A DNA stretch of 64,000 nt from an uncultured virus (IMG/VR IMGVR_UViG_3300005821_000187). Taxonomy: Duplodnaviria > Heunggongvirae > Uroviricota > Caudoviricetes. Position 1 is the stretch's first letter. Each line of letters starts with the position of its first letter. A model generated the notes under the pieces. It worked only from the letters and a program-made list of their open reading frames with translations. It was not told where the DNA came from and did no database searches. Both the position numbers and the translations under genes were made by a program. The stretch lies in IMG/VR virus record IMGVR_UViG_3300005821_000187, one strand, 5' to 3'. Positions 1 through 9,315 of the stretch are shown here, piece after piece.

Positions 1-866
1 TGGCCCTGTTGGTACAGGCGAGCGGCTTCTGCGGGCAGGAACTTGGCGCTATCCTCGTTCAAGGCGAACTGCGGCCGGATGTGGAGCACCTTCACGGCCC
101 GCTTGTCCGTGGTCTCATCGAGCGCGTGCCCGCAAGCCCCGGCGAGCTGTAGCTCTAGGCCCCTGATTTTCGTGTAGAGCTGCGCGATCTTGATATCCTT
201 AGCCACGATCTCATCGCTCATGAGATCAATCGAGTGCAGCCCAATGTCGAGCGCGTTTGGCTTGTCCGTGAACTTCAAGCTCGCCTCTTTGGGCTGTAGC
301 GTGATCGCCACCACGTTGGTGGCCCCCGCTTCGATGGCCGATGCCAGCGGTGTGACGGCCCGTACGCCCCCGTCGACCCACAAGCTCCCGCCCATGCTCA
401 CGGGCGAGAATGCGAACGGCAGTGAGGCGCTGGCGGCGATGGCTTTGTTGAGCGGTACGTAGGTCTCATCGAATATCGTGTACCCCTGGCTGTAGAGATC
501 CACGGCGCCGATGCGCAGCTTCTTTCCGTTCTCACGGATCTTCTTTGGGTCCACGCTCCGCTCGATAAGCGCATGGAGCCCCGCGGAGTTGTAAATGCTC
601 GGCTTCCAAAGCCCGGCGATGCGACGCCAGAACTTCCAATTGCGCCACACGTCATTCGTTTCCAAGCGCAGCATGATATCGACCAGCGCGCGGTGCCCCA
701 TGAGCACGTCGCGGTCATCGAACTGCGCTAGATATGCGGCCATGAGCGCCCCCACGCTCACACCCGCGAATAGATCGAACCGATACCCCTGCGAAAGCAG
801 TGAAGTGATCGCACCTAGATGATACGGCCCCTTACTGCCCCCTCCCCCCAAAACTAACGCGCGCAT
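1..866 (-). CDS. Patatin-like phospholipase (3' end runs off the window)
   Basis: Not in the ORF track. My translation from ATG 866 reads MRALVLGGGGSKGPYHLGAI...FAGVSVGAL...WVDGGVR, giving the Gly-rich loop, the GxSxG nucleophile and the DGG motif in one frame. GAGGGGG RBS upstream. Confidence 0.88.
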   Translation of the reverse strand, partial: MRALVLGGGGSKGPYHLGAITSLLSQGYRFDLFAGVSVGALMAAYLAQFDDRDVLMGHRALVDIMLRLETNDVWRNWKFWRRIAGLWKPSIYNSAGLHALIERSVDPKKIRENGKKLRIGAVDLYSQGYTIFDETYVPLNKAIAASASLPFAFSPVSMGGSLWVDGGVRAVTPLASAIEAGATNVVAITLQPKEASLKFTDKPNALDIGLHSIDLMSDEIVAKDIKIAQLYTKIRGLELQLAGACGHALDETTDKRAVKVLHIRPQFALNEDSAKFLPAEAARLYQQG

Positions 867-875
867 GTTTCCCCC

Positions 876-1598
876 TCATAGCGTGCTCTTCCGTGCGCAA
901 TCCAAGTGCCATGTGACTTGGAGCGCGCTGAGTGATTCGTTGTGGACGGCGACCTGTAGCTTCCAATGGGGGAGTAGCTTGCGAGCCTTGGTTTCAGGTT
1001 GGAGCGACACGCTATGGTCGCCGATCATCGGGAGCTTTTTGACCCAATAGACCAGCGGCAACGTGGCGTCGTAGAGGTTGTACATGTTCTTGCCGTCGCC
1101 CACGAAACTCATGGTGCCCTTGCCGGCGTCGGGCTCGCTCCATAGCCAAAGCCCGTTCGGCTCGCCGTCCGCATTGAAGGCCGGAACCGGAACCGGATCG
1201 GAGTAGTCATGCGTGCCGTTGCCCGCTGCGGGGATAATGGTGTTGAACCCCATCCCCGTGGCCACGAGATTGCAGTTGCCCGCACCCGCGTTGGCCACGA
1301 CCGTGGTAGCCGGCGCAAACGCGTGAAAGCCGATGTAATCCCCCGGCCCCGCGTTGCTCCAATTCACGGTGCCCTTGGCGATGTAGATCCAGTCGCAGAA
1401 CCCGAAGACTTGCGACTTGTCTTCGGCCTCAGTCGGCGCCGTCGTCCAATGCAAGCAAAACAGGTCGCCTTGCCCGCGCCCGTTCTCATTATCCCCGGAG
1501 CCCGCAAAGAACGGATCGACGTTGCCGCGGAATCGGCTCGTGAGATAGATGGGCCGACCGTCGCTCGTGGTCGGCGCCTGCTTCATGCTGATACTCAT
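876..1598 (-). CDS. Hypothetical protein, probably virion-associated (240 aa)
   Basis: Long ORF coupled to the upstream gene by an ATGA overlap; Gly/Asn/aromatic-rich, beta-type composition. Confidence 0.6.
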   Translation of the reverse strand: MSISMKQAPTTSDGRPIYLTSRFRGNVDPFFAGSGDNENGRGQGDLFCLHWTTAPTEAEDKSQVFGFCDWIYIAKGTVNWSNAGPGDYIGFHAFAPATTVVANAGAGNCNLVATGMGFNTIIPAAGNGTHDYSDPVPVPAFNADGEPNGLWLWSEPDAGKGTMSFVGDGKNMYNLYDATLPLVYWVKKLPMIGDHSVSLQPETKARKLLPHWKLQVAVHNESLSALQVTWHLDCARKSTL

Positions 1599-2845
1599 AG
1601 CTCCGTGACCTCCGTGCCGAAGTGCGCAAAGGCGCGCGAAGCACTCAGGGCGCTCAGGTCATCGCGCACAACGAACTCCAACACGTCATCGTCTGTGATC
1701 ACGATGCTCGCCTTGCCGGGCTTGACCATGAACCCGACAAGCAAGGTGCCATCGGCGAACTCGATATCGTCTTGCGGATGGTAGCGACCGAACAGCTCCA
1801 CATTATCCTTTGAGTTGAAACTCCAAAGCACTTCCCCATCGCTCAGCCGGCGCTGGCGCAAGATGAGCCCGTTCGGGAGTGCGGCGATGTTCGCAAACGT
1901 GGTCGAAGTCCAGCCCGCGCTAGGCCCGCTCACAAGGAACACGATCATGGACACGTGGTGACTGCTAAGCGCGTCGTCCGCGGCCACCCGGTACGTGTAC
2001 GGCCCGCCGCCACCCGCATTCAGTAGCTCAATGTCGTCCAGGTAGAAGTGCTGGCCGCCCTTGACCCCGTACTCGAATAGGATCTTGGCCACGTCAGTCG
2101 CGCCAAGATTGAAGTCCACGATCGGGATCTCGACTTGCTGCCACACCCCGATATCCATGTTCGTGACGTAGTTGCTCACGTCCAGTTTGAGCCCCGGCGT
2201 GCCACCGCCAAGGGTCTTCCACCGCACGCGCAGCTCAGAACCAGTCGGGTAGGCTTGGGGGTTCATCCAAAAGCGCAGCGTGTCATAGGTGCCGTCAATC
2301 GGCGTGTTCGCCCCGTTGCTGAACCGGCTCTCTTGGCCCGCCGTGCGTATCCCGCTATCGAGCCCGTTGGTGCCCGTTCCACGGTCGGCGGGAGCGGTCT
2401 CTGTGCCTTGGGCCTCGTGGGTCCAGTCCCCGCCTGTATCGGCCGCTCCGGTGCCATTCCAGAGCACCAAAGGCGTACCCGTCGCGGCCCCGTTGACGTT
2501 CATCGGCTCCGTGCCGTCGTCCGTGCGCGTGAACGCGAGCTGGCCCAGCGTGAGGTTTTGGCTCGCCGTGACGGGCGTCCCATCCGCACTTCGGGGTTGC
2601 AGCGTGGCGCCAAGGCCCACGATGTTCGCGAGCGCAGTATCCTCGCCCGGCACAAGAGTTGAGCTGGGGAAGGCGGCTTGCCAGTCCGCGAAGTCGGCCG
2701 GCTCCACATCGGTGGCGTAGACCACTTCGGGCAGTCCCGACCACACCCGCAAGGTGTCTGTGGTGACGACCTCATGGTACGCGGTGAACCCGCGGTCTTG
2801 CGTGATCTGCTTCCAAAGCGCGTAATCGATGTAGAGGATTCTCAT
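1595..2845 (-). CDS. Putative virion protein with a carbohydrate-binding-like beta-sandwich (416 aa)
   Basis: Segment YDTLRFW...WQQVEIPIVDF...FYLDDIEL resembles galactose-binding-like/CBM domains; coupled to neighbours. Confidence 0.55.
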   Translation of the reverse strand: MRILYIDYALWKQITQDRGFTAYHEVVTTDTLRVWSGLPEVVYATDVEPADFADWQAAFPSSTLVPGEDTALANIVGLGATLQPRSADGTPVTASQNLTLGQLAFTRTDDGTEPMNVNGAATGTPLVLWNGTGAADTGGDWTHEAQGTETAPADRGTGTNGLDSGIRTAGQESRFSNGANTPIDGTYDTLRFWMNPQAYPTGSELRVRWKTLGGGTPGLKLDVSNYVTNMDIGVWQQVEIPIVDFNLGATDVAKILFEYGVKGGQHFYLDDIELLNAGGGGPYTYRVAADDALSSHHVSMIVFLVSGPSAGWTSTTFANIAALPNGLILRQRRLSDGEVLWSFNSKDNVELFGRYHPQDDIEFADGTLLVGFMVKPGKASIVITDDDVLEFVVRDDLSALSASRAFAHFGTEVTEL

Positions 2846-3978
2846 ACCGTGTAGCCTCGAATCTCTGAGTCGATCGCGATGTTCGAACCACTGTACTTCG
2901 TACGGCGCACGATGATCGTTTCGGTGCCCGTGCCGACCATGAGCGTCCCGTCCCGCGCGTTGTCTAGATCAGGGAATCCGATCGTAATGGTCTGGCCCGC
3001 GGTATAGACGCGCTCGATAAGGTGCTCAGTCCCATTGTCGTAGATCACTTCGGTCACGGCGCCCTTGGTGGGATCTTCGTTGCCCGCGGTGATCGATTGC
3101 AGGTAGAACGTCTCCCCGGTCGGAATGAGAAACGTCGTGTCGTGAGTGCCCACGGACAACGGCGTGTCCGCGCTAACCTGAACCGGGGTTGTGGAAGGCG
3201 GCGGAATCGCGCCAACCGTCTGCACCTTGCCCGTGATCTCTACACGGTAGACCCCTGCATCATCCGTGATCGTGACCGGGTTGCCGGCCCCATCGTACAT
3301 TTGGACGGGCCACGCATTGGTGCCCAAGCCTTTGGTGCCTTGCGCGGCCTTGCCGACCTCATTGGTTCCGGCCGGAAGGGGGTCGGTGATCTTCTTGATC
3401 CCCGCCGTGTCTTTGATCGACGCGAGCGTGGTCTCACTGGCCCGCGACGCGAGCGTTGCCTCAGTAGCGCGTGTGGCAAGCGTGGCTTCCGTAGCGACCT
3501 TGGTTTCGAGCGCGCTCAGAATGACGCCCAAGGCCACTTGGGTTGTCTCAGTGGCGAAGTCTTTGCCGTCCAGCGATGCCAAGAGCACGCGTGACGCTTC
3601 GAGCGTGGCTTCCGATGCCCGCGTTGCGAGTGTGGCTTCCGATGCCCGTGTCGCCAGCGTGGCTTGCGTGGCGAAGTCTTTACCGTCCAGGGATACCAAC
3701 AGCACACGCGCGGCCTCTAGCGTCGCCTCGGATGAACGTGTCGCGAGCGTCGTTTGCGTCGCGAAGTCTTTGCCTTCGAGCGCCACCAACAGCAAGCGCG
3801 CGGCCTCTAGCGTGGCTTCACTGGCGCGTGTCGCTAGGGTCGCTTCGGTCGCGCGTGTGGCCAACGTAGCTTCACTGGCGCGCGTGGCCAGCGTGGTCTC
3901 TTTCGCCGGCCCGATCTCATTGCCGCTCGAATCGTAGAGCGTGACCGGCGGTTGATTGACGACTACGACGCCGGCCAT
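2842..3978 (-). CDS. Fibre-like virion protein with 9-aa and 21-aa repeats (378 aa)
   Basis: Repeated (S/T)EATLATRA and SEATLEAARxLLxxLxGKDFA units, followed by a beta-rich C-terminal domain. Confidence 0.65.
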   Translation of the reverse strand: MAGVVVVNQPPVTLYDSSGNEIGPAKETTLATRASEATLATRATEATLATRASEATLEAARLLLVALEGKDFATQTTLATRSSEATLEAARVLLVSLDGKDFATQATLATRASEATLATRASEATLEASRVLLASLDGKDFATETTQVALGVILSALETKVATEATLATRATEATLASRASETTLASIKDTAGIKKITDPLPAGTNEVGKAAQGTKGLGTNAWPVQMYDGAGNPVTITDDAGVYRVEITGKVQTVGAIPPPSTTPVQVSADTPLSVGTHDTTFLIPTGETFYLQSITAGNEDPTKGAVTEVIYDNGTEHLIERVYTAGQTITIGFPDLDNARDGTLMVGTGTETIIVRRTKYSGSNIAIDSEIRGYTV

Positions 3979-4427
3979 TAGCTCATGACCCGCGTGATAT
4001 CGTCGATCTTGGTGCCGGTGTAGCTCAGTGTCTCAGTCATCGTTTCGCCCACGATCAATGCCCCCGCCACATCGTATTGCTTGGTGACGATCGTCGTCGC
4101 CTGGTTCCCCGTGTACGTGAACAGCTCTTCGCGGATCTTCGTTGTTTTGCCAGCCGTGGTCCACACAATGATCGCCGTGACCTTGTTGCCCGTGTACGTG
4201 ATCTCTTCGAAGCTGTCTTCGGCAATGCCGTGAATGAGCTGATCGAGCGCGCGGTGCGCCCCCACGCTGAGCCCTGAGCCCGTCGTGAGGCTCTTGACCA
4301 CGCCCCCTAGGAACGCGACTAGATCGCCACTCACATAGCGAACCAGCCCCTCTTCGCCGGGGTTGCCATCCCCGGTCGCGTCAACGAAGAACAGATCCGA
4401 AACGCGTTCGTCGCGCGCTCCCGCCAC
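3978..4427 (-). CDS. Hypothetical virion-associated protein (149 aa)
   Basis: ORF in operon; three YTG-containing beta-hairpin-like repeats. Confidence 0.55.
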   Translation of the reverse strand: MAGARDERVSDLFFVDATGDGNPGEEGLVRYVSGDLVAFLGGVVKSLTTGSGLSVGAHRALDQLIHGIAEDSFEEITYTGNKVTAIIVWTTAGKTTKIREELFTYTGNQATTIVTKQYDVAGALIVGETMTETLSYTGTKIDDITRVMS

Positions 4428-4430
4428 TGC

Positions 4431-5042
4431 CTACTTCGCTTTCTTTGGAGGCCGTACGGTGCGCCTTTTCTTCGGCGCGGTCTTCTTAGTCGGCTTCTTA
4501 GGTTCCGCTTTCGCGTCCGCAAGCGCCTTGTCGACGGCCTCTTCGGCTGCGGCCTCACGTCGCTCATCGAGCGAGCTTCCCTTCGGGTGCTCGCCGGCCT
4601 TGCGGCCCCTACGGCGCTCGCCGGCTTCGGCCTCAGTCTCCGGCTCATCGGGAGCGGTAAGCTGAGCGCATCGAGCTGCGGCGGAGTCGTGGTACTTCTG
4701 GGCAATCGTCACGGCCATTTTCATCGCCGCGGCTTTACCGTGCGCGACCATCTCTTCGGCCTTGGCGCGCTCATGTAGATTTTGGAGCGCGTCCATCGAG
4801 CGCATGAGCCACTTCTTTAGAAGCGCCTTCACTTCAAGCGCGGAGAGCCCTTCTAGCTCCCCCTCATCGAAGGCTTTATCGACGTGCGGAAGCAAACTGG
4901 CTACCGATTTGGCACTTGCCTGGCAGCCAGCCTGCATCCCCTTCCGCTGTTGAACCTCGCTCTCGGCAAGTTGTAGCGCACCATCGAGTTGTTCCCCGAT
5001 CTGCGCGGAAACCTCTACCTTACCGAGAACGTGTTCAAGCAT
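4431..5042 (-). CDS. Hypothetical helical protein with a basic C-terminal tail (203 aa)
   Basis: ORF packed tightly between neighbours; coiled-coil-like composition. Confidence 0.6.
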   Translation of the reverse strand: MLEHVLGKVEVSAQIGEQLDGALQLAESEVQQRKGMQAGCQASAKSVASLLPHVDKAFDEGELEGLSALEVKALLKKWLMRSMDALQNLHERAKAEEMVAHGKAAAMKMAVTIAQKYHDSAAARCAQLTAPDEPETEAEAGERRRGRKAGEHPKGSSLDERREAAAEEAVDKALADAKAEPKKPTKKTAPKKRRTVRPPKKAK

Positions 5043-5045
5043 TGA

Positions 5046-6608
5046 TTACTGTCCGTTGACGATCACTGTGATCTGATCGGGCTTCGTGCCGGTCCCCTTC
5101 AGATTGAAAAGGAACTGCAAGTCCCCATCGGCTGGCGTGCCCCCTGCGACCACATCATCCGTGTAGCGCATTAGCTCACCATTCAGGAACACGTCAACGT
5201 CCGTGTTGAACGTGACGCTATCGAACGGGGCAAGATCCACGTCCGTATTATTGTGCGCGGTGCCGGGACCGTTCACATCGTTGCTCGCCGTGACGTTCGC
5301 CGTGAGCGTCGCCTGGACCTTGGTGCGAATCTGCCCTGAGTAGGCTTGCTGAATCGCATTTAGCAGTGAGACCTCGCCGAAGGCTGTCTCAAAGGCATCC
5401 CACTCCGCCGTGGTCTCGGAGAGCTTGATACCGTCCGTTTGTGCCCACGTGGAACCCGCCTGGTTCACATCGTCCAGGTACATTTCGTCGGCTGCGATAA
5501 TCCGAAGATTGCCCGCCGTGGTCGCGATCTCGCCGCTGGTAACGCCGACCGTGATAGGTCGAGCGCCGCCGCTGCCGACCGTTACGCCCGCATCGAAGTT
5601 GTTCACGATCGCGTCTACATCGAACTCGTCGACTGCGGCGTGAATGTTGAACTGCGAAGTGCCGCCGGCCGAACCTTCGACAACCGAAAAGAGGCTCGCC
5701 TCTAGGTCATCGCGAATCGCCCAAACGAGACCCGCGCCCTCAAGGTCGAGTGTCGCGTTCGTGACCAGATCAACCGGGGTGACGCCCTGGTTCGTGTAGC
5801 CAACTTGGCGAGTGACGGTTGTACCCGCCGGGATATCGACGATGCCACCACCAAGGAAATCGTACTCGTTCAAGTCTTCGAGCCGTACGCGCTCATGAGA
5901 CTGGTAGTGAATCACTGCGCCCTGAATGTCGCCGGCCGGGCACGCTTCCAGGTCGTCGGTTCCGAAGTTGACGCGGACGAACGAAATCTGCGCACGGAGC
6001 GCCGTGGTGCCGGTCATCGTGTGACCGTCAGTGACAGTCTCAGTCTGCAAGAGACCATAGACAATCGAACCGCTCGAAAGGATCGGGTCGTGGGTCGTCG
6101 CGTCGATAATGTGCACAAGGTTCAACGGCGAAACCGCTGTTGGCCCTGCAACCTCATCGAGTGAGTGCTGCCCGAAGGTGCCGCTATGGAACGCGACTAC
6201 GGTGCCCAGCGTGGTGACAGATCCGACCGCCGCGGTGGTCTGCGCGGGAAGCTCGGAGAGCGCGAGAATCACGAAGTTGTCAGTACCCCCAACGGTTACG
6301 TCTTCGAGATTCTGGACCTCGCGCAGAACACGCTTTTTCTCGACCGCATGAAGGTCGCTGTTCAGATCGTTGACGCCTCGCTGAGTGCCTGTTTCGAGCG
6401 TGGCTGGCGTGTTGGCATCGGTGTACCAATCGTTTGCTTGCACATCGATCAGGTTCGAAACCATCGAACGCAAGTTGTTCAGATCGTCGGCGACGGTGCC
6501 GGCGGCTGACTCCATTGTTGCCGCGGGCGATACCGCGTCATTGAACCCGATGAGAGTATCGTTCGTACTCCCGATCTGAATATCTTGTCGTATGAATGTC
6601 CGTGCCAT
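5046..6608 (-). CDS. Putative virion structural protein (520 aa)
   Basis: Thr/Gly/Asp/Val-rich; C-terminal DVDVFLNGELM...DDV motif of the kind seen in phage structural proteins; GGGGAA RBS. Confidence 0.6.
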   Translation of the reverse strand: MARTFIRQDIQIGSTNDTLIGFNDAVSPAATMESAAGTVADDLNNLRSMVSNLIDVQANDWYTDANTPATLETGTQRGVNDLNSDLHAVEKKRVLREVQNLEDVTVGGTDNFVILALSELPAQTTAAVGSVTTLGTVVAFHSGTFGQHSLDEVAGPTAVSPLNLVHIIDATTHDPILSSGSIVYGLLQTETVTDGHTMTGTTALRAQISFVRVNFGTDDLEACPAGDIQGAVIHYQSHERVRLEDLNEYDFLGGGIVDIPAGTTVTRQVGYTNQGVTPVDLVTNATLDLEGAGLVWAIRDDLEASLFSVVEGSAGGTSQFNIHAAVDEFDVDAIVNNFDAGVTVGSGGARPITVGVTSGEIATTAGNLRIIAADEMYLDDVNQAGSTWAQTDGIKLSETTAEWDAFETAFGEVSLLNAIQQAYSGQIRTKVQATLTANVTASNDVNGPGTAHNNTDVDLAPFDSVTFNTDVDVFLNGELMRYTDDVVAGGTPADGDLQFLFNLKGTGTKPDQITVIVNGQ

Positions 6609-6630
6609 CTAGTGTTCCCCCTTAGTCCCC

Positions 6631-7374
6631 TCAGACCCCTTGTAGGTCATAGTCAATCAAAATACTGTCCCCTGGAATCGGTGCAAAGTGTACGAACCGA
6701 ATTGTATCAAAGCCCGTTCCGCTCCCGCCGGATTCGAGCCGTACATAGTCACATGTGGCGCCCGGCTTTTGCCTCACACCATTCAGGTAAACAGACTCAC
6801 GGTTTGCAAAGAACCGCTGGCTCACAAGGTAGTCAGTATTGACCCCATCGATCGCCCCGCTTGGAGTCTCATTGTAAAACCGGATGCCTATGCTTGGTCC
6901 ACTCACGACTAGCCCGCAGAGGATATCGAGCGAGTTGAACATGCGGGCAAAAATCTGATTCGAGTCGATCGGATTGCGCGCTTCGACGGGGAAAGGCGAC
7001 GCAACTTCGCATTGCTGGCACCCCTCATGAGTGCACCCGCAGCCGTCGCCGCCCACGCACGTAGTGATCCGAAGTCGAAGGTAGGCGTCATCGGCCGGCA
7101 GTCGGGTGCATGAGCTTTTGACCGTGGTCGCGATCTCCCAAAGCTCCCACTTGCTCACGACGGGCCGGCACGTGAGATAGTGCGCGATCTGGGAGCGAAT
7201 CACGTTGCGGAAGGGCAGATCGGTCCATGCGTCTTCGGTGCGCCGATGCCACGGCAAGCCGTCGATATCGCTGTCATCGTCGATCTCAGGGAGCGGACCA
7301 AAGCCTTCGGGGCGAAGTGCCCCGGAGATATCGAATGGCAGCCGCCCCCGGCTTCCGCGCCTCAGTACGCCCAC
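6631..7374 (-). CDS. Hypothetical protein with an internal Cys cluster and a C-terminal virion-type beta domain (247 aa)
   Basis: CVGGDGCGCTHEGCQQC cluster; C-terminus NETPSGAIDGVNTDY...VYLNGVRQ...DY resembles repeated domains of phage virion proteins. Confidence 0.5.
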   Translation of the reverse strand: MGVLRRGSRGRLPFDISGALRPEGFGPLPEIDDDSDIDGLPWHRRTEDAWTDLPFRNVIRSQIAHYLTCRPVVSKWELWEIATTVKSSCTRLPADDAYLRLRITTCVGGDGCGCTHEGCQQCEVASPFPVEARNPIDSNQIFARMFNSLDILCGLVVSGPSIGIRFYNETPSGAIDGVNTDYLVSQRFFANRESVYLNGVRQKPGATCDYVRLESGGSGTGFDTIRFVHFAPIPGDSILIDYDLQGV

Positions 7375-7769
7375 GGAACCTCACGGTGAAGTGCGTCAAA
7401 TGAGCGTGCCGCCAGTCCCAACTTCACCGCGATCTCCCCTACGTCCGTGTCTGTGCCGCGCGGAAAGTGCAAGCCGCACTCGAATCGCTCATTATCCTTT
7501 GAGCGCAGAACCGCCAGCACAAGGATAGGCATTCCTGGCCTTTGGTGAAATGTTCGTTCTTTGGGGGGTCCAGTCGGCCCCGTGGCGACGTGTACGTTCA
7601 CCCCGTTGTCCATGAACCGCTCTTCGACTTCCCAGCCCTTGCCCCAGCTCCGGCTGCCCACGTAGCCTTTGAGATACCCGATCACGAGCGCGCGTTGGTG
7701 CATGGTCGTCCACGCATGGCTGCGCGGTTGATCCCATGGTAGCCGCGCAATATCGGGGGGCTTAGTCAC
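7362..7769 (-). CDS. Hypothetical protein (135 aa)
   Basis: ORF fills the gap in the minus-strand gene run. Confidence 0.55.
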   Translation of the reverse strand: MTKPPDIARLPWDQPRSHAWTTMHQRALVIGYLKGYVGSRSWGKGWEVEERFMDNGVNVHVATGPTGPPKERTFHQRPGMPILVLAVLRSKDNERFECGLHFPRGTDTDVGEIAVKLGLAARSFDALHREVPWAY

Positions 7770-7790
7770 GGGGCCTAGGGTAGCGCCATC

Positions 7791-8267
7791 TCACGGCCGG
7801 ATCAGCTTCCCTAAGCCGCGGAACGCCTCATCGAATCGCTTGGCGCGCTCGCCCCAATAGCAGATCGCGGAATCGAACGGAGCCCCCGCGTCAGAGCCCA
7901 CGAAACGGATGCGCCCCTGTACGAAACAGATCCGGTCGGCGGTCCACATCTCATCGAACCACTTGGAGCCCGTGCGGGCCGCTACAAGGGCGACAATCTC
8001 CGCCCCTGCTTTGCCCTCTATGGCCATCTTGCGAGCCCACACGCGGTTGTAAGCGCGTCCGTAGGGGGGATTCACGTACACGAGCCCGCTATGGGTCCAG
8101 GGGCGCTCTAGCCCGCTCTTCTCTGGCGTCAGGAACACCTTGGCCTTGGTGGGGTTGCCGACGCGGCTCGCCGGGTCGAGCCCGATCGGCGCAATGGCGC
8201 GCACCCGCGCGAGAATGCTCTCAGGGGTCTCATGGTCGGATCGCTGAGAGCGGTGCTCGACCCTCAT
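7791..8267 (-). CDS. Phage DNA N6-adenine methyltransferase (158 aa)
   Basis: ETP...LDPAS N-terminal motifs, catalytic VYVNPPY, and AART...WF, GRIRF, APFDSA motifs typical of the phage Dam family. Confidence 0.85.
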   Translation of the reverse strand: MRVEHRSQRSDHETPESILARVRAIAPIGLDPASRVGNPTKAKVFLTPEKSGLERPWTHSGLVYVNPPYGRAYNRVWARKMAIEGKAGAEIVALVAARTGSKWFDEMWTADRICFVQGRIRFVGSDAGAPFDSAICYWGERAKRFDEAFRGLGKLIRP

Positions 8268-8557
8268 TCCAGCCCTAGGGCCTCTTTTTGCCAGCGAGCC
8301 AAGGGCTCCGTGGTCTCCCCGGCCGGCGTACGGATATCTGTGTACCGCTGGCCCGTAGCTTCGATGATCTCGATCTCGAAGCCCTGATCGTTCGGCTTGC
8401 TCACGAAAGCCATGATCCCCGGCTCGCGCGCCTGAGTCTGCACCATGGTTTTGCCGTCCACGATGATCCGCAGCTCGATACGCCGGGCCTCATCTAGTGC
8501 GGGGCTTTCGACGGCGTAGTGGCGGCGGGTGAAGTCTTTGTCAGTCCATTCAGCCAT
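8264..8557 (-). CDS. Hypothetical protein (97 aa)
   Basis: ORF overlapping its neighbours' start and stop codons. Confidence 0.55.
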   Translation of the reverse strand: MAEWTDKDFTRRHYAVESPALDEARRIELRIIVDGKTMVQTQAREPGIMAFVSKPNDQGFEIEIIEATGQRYTDIRTPAGETTEPLARWQKEALGLE

Positions 8558-8804
8558 TGGACGGTTTTATACGATCCGTCAGTAAAGTCACGCACGAATC
8601 GCTGCACACGTGGAAGCTACCGACCCAGCCTTTGAGCTTGACCCGTTCCCACCCATCGGGCAGCGGCGTGCGCTCCCCTTTCTTGATCTCTACCTTCTCA
8701 GGCGCCCGCTCATAGCGAAAGCACCCGTCGCACACGAGTGCGCGAATCATTTGGAACACTGCTCCCCCCACCTCCGGCACACCACGCACCGCAAAGCCAA
8801 ACAC
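8550..8804 (-). CDS. Small Cys-rich hypothetical protein
   Basis: CDGC and HVCSDSC, a possible Zn-binding pair; start codon uncertain. Confidence 0.5.
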   Translation of the reverse strand: MFGFAVRGVPEVGGAVFQMIRALVCDGCFRYERAPEKVEIKKGERTPLPDGWERVKLKGWVGSFHVCSDSCVTLLTDRIKPSNG

Positions 8805-9203
8805 TCAGTCGTCTCCGTGCAGTAGCCCCCCGGTCTGCACGGTCAGCAAGTCTAACCCGAAGCGCGCTAATAAGTCATGGAGTTGAGCCCGCGTCAAAAT
8901 GATCGCGTCGGCCTTCATGGTCCTGGCATCGACCAATACCGGCAACTGGCGCAACGTCTCCGCGGTTAGCTCTTGCAACAGTCCGCACGCACGAGCATCC
9001 AAGTCATCCGCATGGTCCAGCGCGGATATCGAAGTAAGCAAGCGTTTCCTAGCGCGCTCTATTTTACGAAGCGTAGCTTTCCGCACCTCCCAAGCGTATC
9101 GTGACCCGCTATTCGAAAAAACTGTTATTCGTATCGACGGATGTGCCAGTTTTGCGACGGCGGAACACGGCGCCGATCTGCGGACCCAACGGAACCACCG
9201 CAA
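8805..9203 (-). CDS. Hypothetical protein (start uncertain, probably shorter)
   Basis: ORF fills the gap; its N-terminal part overlaps the upstream ORF. Confidence 0.35.
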   Translation of the reverse strand: MRWFRWVRRSAPCSAVAKLAHPSIRITVFSNSGSRYAWEVRKATLRKIERARKRLLTSISALDHADDLDARACGLLQELTAETLRQLPVLVDARTMKADAIILTRAQLHDLLARFGLDLLTVQTGGLLHGDD

Positions 9204-9315
9204 TCAGCTCATAACCATCGCGTTCAACGCGGTTCGCTTCCTGCAAAAACTTGCGAAAGCCTTCCTTCGTTGCGGGGTGCACGGCACCCGCGATGCGCGG
9301 CCCTTCATTCGTCAT
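9109..9315 (-). CDS. Hypothetical protein (68 aa)
   Basis: In-frame ATG at 9315 (MTNEGPRIAG...) overlapping the upstream gene's end. Confidence 0.45.
   Translation of the reverse strand: MTNEGPRIAGAVHPATKEGFRKFLQEANRVERDGYELIAVVPLGPQIGAVFRRRKTGTSVDTNNSFFE

Noticed and set aside
3420..3905. 27-nt periodic repeats as a possible CRISPR or DGR element
   Set aside because: No unique spacers, variation falls at synonymous positions, and no cas or reverse transcriptase gene is present.
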